Source: a virus
Taxonomy: Duplodnaviria; Heunggongvirae; Uroviricota; Caudoviricetes
Length of the DNA: 12,381 nt
Direction: 5' to 3' (one strand)
Virus record (IMG/VR): IMGVR_UViG_2703718850_000011
In this document: positions 6,068 through 12,381 of the stretch, piece after piece
Layout: each line of letters starts with the position of its first letter
Position numbering within the stretch: the first letter of the stretch is position 1
The notes under the pieces: generated by a model
Databases searched by the model: none
The model's input: the letters and a program-made list of their open reading frames with translations, nothing else
What the model was told of the DNA's origin: nothing
Made by a program: the position numbers and the translations under genes

Positions 6068-8559
6068 CGTCCACCTCCGGAGAACAGACCACCATCGCGC
6101 ATCTGCCCGGTCACAACATCCATTGCCGCCTTACGGGCTACGTCATAAACCGCCTTCAGCGCCTGTGGCCCTATCTGACCGTTCGTGCCGTCGTTGTTAA
6201 TCACCACATGGTTATTCTGCTCAAACGTCCCGGACGCCTGCGAGCGGCTGTCCGCCATGCTGCCCGGTGTACCGACATAACCACCGGTGGCATAGCCGCG
6301 CATCAGCCGGTAGAGATTTCCCACGCCAATCCGGCTGGTTGCCTCCTTCGTGAAGACAAATTCACCACGGTGAACAATCCCCGCTGGCTCATATTTGCCG
6401 CCGGTTCCCGTAAATCCTCCGGTTGCAAAATGGAATTTCGCCGCAGCGGCCTGAATGGCTGTACCGCCTGACGCGGATGCGCCGCCACCAACAGCCCCGC
6501 CAATGGCGCTGCCGATACTCCCGACAATCCCCACCATTGCCTGCTTAAGCAGAATTTCTGTCATCATGGACAGCACGGAACGGGTGAAGCTGCGCCAGTT
6601 CTGCTCACTGCCGGTCAGCATCGCCGCCATATTCTGTGCAATACCATCAAAGGTCTGCGTGGCTGCACTTTTTACCTGCAACATACTGTCCGTGGCGCTC
6701 TCTTCCCACTCACTCCAGCCGGACTTCAGGCCTGCCATCCAGCTCCCGCGAAGCTGGTCTTCAGCCGCCCAGGTCTTTTTCTGCTCTGACATGACGTTAT
6801 TCAGCGCCAGCGGATTATCGCCATACTGTTCCTTCAGGCGCTGTTCCGTGGCTTCCCGTTCTGCCTGCCGGTCAGTCAGTCCCCGGCTTTTCGCATCAAT
6901 GGCGGCCCGTTTTGCCCGTTGCTGCTGTGCGAATTTATCCGCCTGCTGCGCCAGCGCGTTCAGGCGCTCCTGATACGTAACCTTGTCGCCAAGTGCAGCC
7001 AGCTGGCGTTTGTACTCCAGCGTCTCATCTTTATGCGCCAGCAGGGATTTCTCCTGTGCAGACAGCTGGCGACGTTGCGCCGCCTCCTCCAGTACCGCGA
7101 ACTGACTCTCCGCCTTCCACAAATCCCGGCGCTGCTGGCTGATTTTCTCATTTGCTCCGGCATGCTTCTCCAGCGTCCGGAGTTCAGCCTGAAGCGTCAG
7201 CAGGGCAGCATGAGCACTGTCTTCCTGACGATCGCCCGCAGACACCTTCACGCCGGACTGTTTCGGCTTTTTCAGCGTCGCTTCATAATCCTTTTTCGCC
7301 GCCACCATCAGCGTGTTGTAATCTGCCTGCAGGATTTTTCCGTCTTTCAGTGCCTTATTCAGTTCCTCCTGACGGGCGGTATATTTCTCCAGCGGTGTCT
7401 GCAGGCGTTCGTAAGCCTTCTGCGCCTCTTCGGTATATTTCAGCCGTGACGCTTCGGTATCGCTCTGCTGCTGCGCATTTTTGTCCTGTTGACTCTGCTG
7501 CTCAGCCTTCTTTCGGGCGGCTTCAAGCGCAAGACGGGCCTTTTCACGATCATCCCAGTAACGCGCCCGCGCTTCATCGTTAACAAAATAATCATCCTTG
7601 CGCAGATTCCAGATGTCGTCTGCTTTCTTAAACGCAGCCTCTGCCTTAATCAGCATCTCCTGCGCGGTATCAGGACGACCAATATCCAGCACCGCATCCC
7701 ACATGGATTTGAATGCCCGTGCTGTCCTGTCTGCCCAGGTCTCCAGCGTGTCCATGTTCTCTTTCAGGCGGCGGGTCTGGTCATCAAACCCTTTCGTTGC
7801 GGCTTCGTTCGCCGCCTGCAATGCCCCGGCTTCATCGCCGGAACGCTGCAACTGAGCAACATACGCAATCTGTTCCGCCGTCACGTTATGGAACTGGCGT
7901 GCCATCGCCGTCAGCCCCGACGTCGGGTCTGTGGTCAGCTTCCCGAAGGCTTCAGCGACCTTGTCCACCTCCACGCCGGATGCAGAAGAGAAACGCGCCA
8001 CACTCTGGCTGATGGACGCAATCTGAGCCTCACCGCTTACCCCCGCCTTAACCAGTGCGCTGAGTGACTCGCTGGTCTGGTTAAACGTCAGCCCTGCCGC
8101 CTGCCCGGCTCTGGACAGGACCAGCATACGATCTGCCGTCAGACCCGACTGATGACCGGAAAGGACCAGCGTTTTGTTGAAATCGGACAGGGTTGAGTTG
8201 CCCTGATACCAGGCATACGCCAGCGCACCGGTCGCCACCGCCAGCGAGGTGGCCCCGACCATCGGCAGGGTGATCGCACCGGCAAGCCCCCTGAACATGG
8301 GGATCATCCCGCCGAAGGAGTCCTTAACCTGACCACCCTGTTGCAGCAGGATCAGCCACGGACTCTGCCCGCCTGCAAGCTGCGTGGCCACGTCGGTGAA
8401 CTGCGCAGGCAGCATACGCATGGCAGCTTTATACTGCCCGACGGAAATCCCCGCTTTCTGTGCAGCCAGTGCCTGTCGGCTCAGCGACTGTTCAACGACT
8501 GCCGCTGTTTTTTTCGCATCACTTTCCGTACCGGAAAAATGACGCCTGACTCTGGCCAT
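6064..8559 (-). CDS. H: Tail tape measure protein (lambda gpH family), 831 aa from first ATG; native 5' end apparently lost
   Basis: About 830 aa with coiled-coil-rich centre and glycine-rich C-terminal region (GIVGSIGSAIGGAVGGGASASGG), located immediately upstream of M-L-K-I. The same frame is open from 8628 and encodes ...GDLVVDLSLDAARFDEQ upstream of the ATG at 8559 with no start codon, so the native N-terminus (about 22 aa in lambda H, 853 aa) is clipped. Confidence 0.9.
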   Translation of the reverse strand: MARVRRHFSGTESDAKKTAAVVEQSLSRQALAAQKAGISVGQYKAAMRMLPAQFTDVATQLAGGQSPWLILLQQGGQVKDSFGGMIPMFRGLAGAITLPMVGATSLAVATGALAYAWYQGNSTLSDFNKTLVLSGHQSGLTADRMLVLSRAGQAAGLTFNQTSESLSALVKAGVSGEAQIASISQSVARFSSASGVEVDKVAEAFGKLTTDPTSGLTAMARQFHNVTAEQIAYVAQLQRSGDEAGALQAANEAATKGFDDQTRRLKENMDTLETWADRTARAFKSMWDAVLDIGRPDTAQEMLIKAEAAFKKADDIWNLRKDDYFVNDEARARYWDDREKARLALEAARKKAEQQSQQDKNAQQQSDTEASRLKYTEEAQKAYERLQTPLEKYTARQEELNKALKDGKILQADYNTLMVAAKKDYEATLKKPKQSGVKVSAGDRQEDSAHAALLTLQAELRTLEKHAGANEKISQQRRDLWKAESQFAVLEEAAQRRQLSAQEKSLLAHKDETLEYKRQLAALGDKVTYQERLNALAQQADKFAQQQRAKRAAIDAKSRGLTDRQAEREATEQRLKEQYGDNPLALNNVMSEQKKTWAAEDQLRGSWMAGLKSGWSEWEESATDSMLQVKSAATQTFDGIAQNMAAMLTGSEQNWRSFTRSVLSMMTEILLKQAMVGIVGSIGSAIGGAVGGGASASGGTAIQAAAAKFHFATGGFTGTGGKYEPAGIVHRGEFVFTKEATSRIGVGNLYRLMRGYATGGYVGTPGSMADSRSQASGTFEQNNHVVINNDGTNGQIGPQALKAVYDVARKAAMDVVTGQMRDGGLFSGGGR

Positions 8560-8609
8560 CTGCTCGTCAAATCTGGCCGCATCCAGACTTAAATCAACGA
8601 CCAGATCGC

Positions 8610-9746
8610 CTAACTGACCTTCGAGTAGTCACGGGACAACTGTTCGTAGGAAACGCCAAGACCGGCGGCGATATACCGCAGCAGCGCCTGTTCAAGCGCA
8701 GAAAATCCATTGTCTGAATCCTGCGCGGTCTGCAGTTTCAGATCATCCCCAGGGAAAAGGTGCGGAATTTTGACACCGCCCAGCGTCACGTGATTCGTGT
8801 CATACCAGCTGGAGAACTTCTCCAGAATATTAATAAGCGGATTATCCTTCTGCCCCTGCGGCGCACCGGCGATATATTCAAAGGCCTTTTCGGTATCAAG
8901 TTCACTTTCGATTGTGGCTGCATACATGGCCTTCACAATGGCCGACTGAAGCTGTGTTACCTGCAGGGAATCGAGCATCTTCAGCCGCTCCATGACGCTG
9001 TAAAACTGATTAGCCCCACGGGTCTGCCCGTCCTCCACCGGCTCGAAAATATGCAGCATGGCCGGACGCCCGGTGGGAAGTTCACGCGGGATCCGTTCCC
9101 ATCCTCCACTACCAGAGAACGGAAAATCATCCTCACAGATGTGGTACGCGACGGCACGGCCATATCGATCGACCTCCACACCGGCCCGCAGAAAACGGTT
9201 CCCCATACCGTGTCCAGGCGTGTCCACCCGTTTCGGACTCACGGCTTTAAAACGCGTACGGAATAACTGCGTGCTTTCCGTATCCCAGACCGGCTGCACA
9301 AAGATTTCGCCGTTAAACGCATGAACGCCCACACCTTCACGGATAAATTCCGTGAACGTGCGTTTTCCTTCCACGTCGATCTCGCCAAACATCCCTTCGG
9401 CGTATTCCGACCAGGCCGCCTCCACCTCATCGACAAAGCTTTTTGCTGCGGTCTCCCGCATCCCCAGCCAGCGCCAGTTCGGACGGTAGCTGATCAGAAA
9501 CATATGCCCGACAATGTGATCTTTATGCAGGGCCACCGCATTAGCCGCTATTCCGTTATTGCGCACCAGATCATCTGCCCGGGCATTCCCCAGACGCAAC
9601 GCGGGCAGCAGGGCCGCATCGGCACTCTGCGCCGGTGGCAACCACTCCGCCATTTGCCCGCCAAATCCTGCGCCGCCCCCGTTGTAGCTGAGACTCTCAC
9701 GAAGCGGAACGCCGTTCACATCAATCAGGACAGGCGTTAGTTTCAT
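8610..9746 (-). pseudogene. B: Portal protein (lambda gpB family), truncated: 378 codons, where lambda-type portals are about 530 aa
   Basis: The N-terminal and central portal regions are recognisable (DDLVRNNG, LFRTRFKAVSPKR, EPVEDGQTRGANQFYSVMERLKMLDSLQ, AIVKAMYAATIESELDT, LRYIAAGLGVSYEQLSR). The frame ends at TAG 8610-8612 and the C-terminal third is absent. The tape-measure frame begins within about 20 bp. Confidence 0.85.
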
Positions 9747-9949
9747 AACCTCACTCCCAGCGGACGACGGCGACGCCGGGTTGTCCCCAGTACCGACTCC
9801 GCATCATTGATCGCCCGGTTAAGCTCATCCAGAGAAGCCGCCGTATATTCAATTCTGCGACCATCTTTCTGGACAGACACCACCCGTTTACCGGTTAATA
9901 AATCAAGGCGCGCCTGACGCAGCGCCTGCAGTTCAGCGACTGTAACCAT
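9743..9949 (-). CDS. W: Head-tail joining / head completion protein gpW, 68 aa
   Basis: 68 aa, the same length as lambda gpW, with the conserved core TGKRVVSVQKDGRRIEYTA. Its stop overlaps the portal ATG (ATGA). The annotated start overlaps the end of A by 17 nt, so the exact start is uncertain. Confidence 0.85.
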   Translation of the reverse strand: MVTVAELQALRQARLDLLTGKRVVSVQKDGRRIEYTAASLDELNRAINDAESVLGTTRRRRRPLGVRL

Positions 9950-11861
9950 TCACTCCTCCGGACAGCTTCGCTGCCAGTTCTTTCAGGGTTGGCCGGGTCG
10001 TCTCTTCTTCCCGGGATTTTGCCAGTACAGCCAGATCAAGCTGCCAGCGTTGCACGGACACACGTAATGCCGCGTAGGCATACACCAGGCAGTCCAGCGC
10101 TTCGTTACGCCGCTTTTTGTTATCCCACAGCAGACGCATCTTTCCTTTTTCCCACTTCTCCACAAGCTCTTCCGCGACCAGTTGCTGCGCCTCTGTCTGC
10201 GAAAAAATCTCCGGATCATCAGGAAAACGGATGGCATACGACGTGGCTTCATCCACAGGCGTGGGATCGGCTTTCATACGGGCATAGAGAATTTCTTTTG
10301 CGGTGTCCGTCCCCACTTCACACAGATACACGCCCCGCTGATTGCGGGTTTTTGGCATGGTGATCACCGGCTTGCCATAGACAGATGCGCCTTTTACCGG
10401 CAGCACCCGGAAAACACCGTGTTTTTTTGACCTCTGATAAACGATTTCTCCATCGATCCCCCCGATGTCCCAGCAGACACGGGAAATAGTCATTTCGGTT
10501 CCGTCTGCATGGCGGTATTTTTTGTTGATCGCCGCATCCACACGTAACAGCGTCTCTTCCTCATCGGGACGCCCCATAATGATGATTTTATCCACCAGAA
10601 AGGCTTCCTCTCCCGGAGCCCATCCCCAGACATACATCTCAAAACGGTTTCGCTGCGAGTCAATGCCCGCCGTCAGATAAACCACCCGGGCAGGCACCGC
10701 CGCCGTGTAACGCACAACCTTATCCATCAGTACCTGGTGATCGAGTTTTTCGCCCACGGCCTCTTCCCAGGTCTCGCCCAGCGTGGTGTTCACAAAGGTT
10801 TTCAGGCCGTTGGGATCTTTCAGTGCATCCAGCCAGTCATAGACAATCTGTACCCAGGTGGTGAACGGACTGTACGCCGTCCAGATATGGAAAGTGATGG
10901 AGCGCGGCGGCGGAATTTCATCACCCCGGTCGCTGAAAAACATCAGACCGTCACGGGTCCACATGCCCGTGTTTTCACAGATCCACCGCCCGTTGCTCTG
11001 GTCAAGCTCAGACTGATGGATCACGCAGCCATGATGTTCACAGAGGTAGAAAACGCTTTCTGGGCTGTCCTTCTCCCATTTAAGGCCAAAAGGCGTGGAT
11101 TCATCGCCAAATTTCAGATACTGCTCCTCCCCACAGTGCGGGCAGGGCACATAAAAACGCATGAAATGCGCCGACTCGTTGGCCGCTTTTTCGATCTGGC
11201 AGGAGCCTTTTATTTTAGGCGTCGAGCCGCGAATGGATTTTGGCCATACAGAGCCCTCAATACGCTTATCCCCCAGCAGGGTTGGCGAGCCCTCTTTTTC
11301 AACATCCGGCTCGAACGAGGAAAGTTCGTCATAGCAGACCACATCCACGGATTTTTCACGGTAGTTTTTGGCGGCAGCACCACCCAGGCACCAGAAACCC
11401 ACACGGGAAGTGAATCTTTTTAATGTCAGCGTGTTATCCCGGTGCTTACGTCCCAGCCAGGGGGAAAGAATTTTCAGACAGGGAACATCCCGTAATGTTG
11501 ACTCCACATGAGACTTCATAAAATCTTCAGCGGCAGAATCCGTAGGCTGAAACAGAAGACTGTTACGGTTTTTATGCTCAATAAAGTAACCAATAACGCC
11601 CATCAGCATTTTGGTGTAACCGACTCGAGCTGATTTTATAAGATTAATCGTGCGGATCCGGTCATTACCCATGCAGTTCATTATTGCCACCTGAAATGGC
11701 AACGTCTTCCACCGCCCAGCAAGATAAGAGGACTCCGGGGGCAAATAATAATTTTGATCGGCCCATTCAACGGTGGTTACAGGCAGTGGGCGTAAAAGCC
11801 CACGAAGTGCCACTCCACAAACAACAGCAAAGTTATTTAGCTGCTTCTCTGAGGTATTCAT
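9933..11861 (-). CDS. A: Terminase large subunit (lambda gpA family), 642 aa
   Basis: Length matches lambda gpA (641 aa). Contains the P-loop-like KSARVGYTK motif and conserved blocks ([57 protein letters not shown]) recognisable as the gpA terminase family. Sits between Nu1 and W. Confidence 0.93.
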   Translation of the reverse strand: MNTSEKQLNNFAVVCGVALRGLLRPLPVTTVEWADQNYYLPPESSYLAGRWKTLPFQVAIMNCMGNDRIRTINLIKSARVGYTKMLMGVIGYFIEHKNRNSLLFQPTDSAAEDFMKSHVESTLRDVPCLKILSPWLGRKHRDNTLTLKRFTSRVGFWCLGGAAAKNYREKSVDVVCYDELSSFEPDVEKEGSPTLLGDKRIEGSVWPKSIRGSTPKIKGSCQIEKAANESAHFMRFYVPCPHCGEEQYLKFGDESTPFGLKWEKDSPESVFYLCEHHGCVIHQSELDQSNGRWICENTGMWTRDGLMFFSDRGDEIPPPRSITFHIWTAYSPFTTWVQIVYDWLDALKDPNGLKTFVNTTLGETWEEAVGEKLDHQVLMDKVVRYTAAVPARVVYLTAGIDSQRNRFEMYVWGWAPGEEAFLVDKIIIMGRPDEEETLLRVDAAINKKYRHADGTEMTISRVCWDIGGIDGEIVYQRSKKHGVFRVLPVKGASVYGKPVITMPKTRNQRGVYLCEVGTDTAKEILYARMKADPTPVDEATSYAIRFPDDPEIFSQTEAQQLVAEELVEKWEKGKMRLLWDNKKRRNEALDCLVYAYAALRVSVQRWQLDLAVLAKSREEETTRPTLKELAAKLSGGVNGYSR

Positions 11862-12381
11862 CCAGCATCTCCGGTAACTTCTCTGCCGTTGATGCGCATC
11901 GGTTTGCCGCCTTTGCTATATCGGTTTTCAGGAAATCAAGCATAGCGGGCGTCAGTGCCGAAAACTGTCTCTGCATGGACAATGGAATGGAGTCAAGAAT
12001 GGCAGAGATCTCCTGTGCCAGTCTTCCCAGAGCAAAAAGGCAAAACCCTGTATCAATGACCTGCCCACTGTCGCGGGCATTTTTCAGTTCCTGTGCATCT
12101 GCCTGTGCCTTCGTCAGTCGGTAACGTTCGTAATCAATGGTGCCGGGCTGAAGGTCTGATTCGCTGGCAGCCCTCAAATCCTCGACCTCTTTACGGAGTT
12201 TTTCGTTTTCAATATCAGCTTCGCGCTGCGCATACCACTGAATGGCAGCAGTTGTATCAAAAACTGATTCAGTCCCTTTCCCTCCACCAGAAACTAGTGG
12301 TACCCCCTGACTCTGCCAGGCGGTGATAGTCCTGACATCAACGCCAAAAATATCGGCCAGTTTTTTCTTATTGACGTTCAT
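11833..12381 (-). CDS. nu1: Terminase small subunit (lambda Nu1 family), 182 aa, apparently complete; start codon is at the window edge
   Basis: Translation [30 protein letters not shown]... has the N-terminal helix-turn-helix typical of Nu1, the right length (about 181 aa) and overlaps the start of the large terminase gene by 29 nt, as in lambda. Confidence 0.9.
   Translation of the reverse strand: MNVNKKKLADIFGVDVRTITAWQSQGVPLVSGGGKGTESVFDTTAAIQWYAQREADIENEKLRKEVEDLRAASESDLQPGTIDYERYRLTKAQADAQELKNARDSGQVIDTGFCLFALGRLAQEISAILDSIPLSMQRQFSALTPAMLDFLKTDIAKAANRCASTAEKLPEMLDEYLREAAK

Noticed and set aside
4956-8067. Long plus-strand ORFs (e.g. 4956-5840, 5806-6471, 6455-6973, 6919-7449, 7489-8067) overlapping the tail genes
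   Set aside because: They are antisense to long, recognisable minus-strand structural genes (K, L, M, H). Their translations are low-complexity Arg/Pro/Ser/Leu-rich strings typical of GC-rich antisense frames.
9983-11423. ORFs antisense to or nested within the large terminase gene (9983-10252 minus, 9989-10363 plus, 10182-10430 plus, 10737-11423 plus, 11210-11404 minus)
   Set aside because: All fall within the coordinates of the 642-codon terminase gene on alternative frames or strands. No independent signals.
1-12381. tRNA, rRNA, CRISPR array, IS element or integrase
   Set aside because: No regularly spaced direct repeats, no tRNA-like sequence and no transposase- or integrase-like ORF were seen. 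The programmed G/GT frameshift site expected in lambda-like tails lies in the deleted region and so is absent.

Overview
This window is a decayed lambda-like prophage (about 1.8-12.4 kb, all genes on the minus strand) with a small AT-rich cargo island at its left end (about 0.4-1.8 kb). The prophage reads, right to left: small terminase Nu1, large terminase A, gpW, a truncated portal (B) that abuts an N-terminally clipped tape-measure gene (H), then M, L, K, a truncated I fused out of frame to the C-terminal part of a side tail fibre gene, and a putative tail-fibre chaperone. Two internal deletions are inferred: portal-to-H removes the capsid and tail-tube genes, and I-to-tail-fibre removes J. 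The most interesting candidate is the AT-rich plus-strand gene at 602-1606, encoding a 334-aa protein with three predicted transmembrane helices, a coiled coil and a TPR-like helical C-terminal domain. It is preceded by a 14-codon leader ORF with a strong Shine-Dalgarno and a terminator-like hairpin that ends right at its start codon, and followed by a clean intrinsic terminator. I could not assign it to a known family, so it is flagged as a possible prophage-carried defence or exclusion gene. No rRNA, tRNA, CRISPR array or IS element was seen. Family assignments rest on recognition of the translated ORFs and on gene order; no similarity search was possible here.
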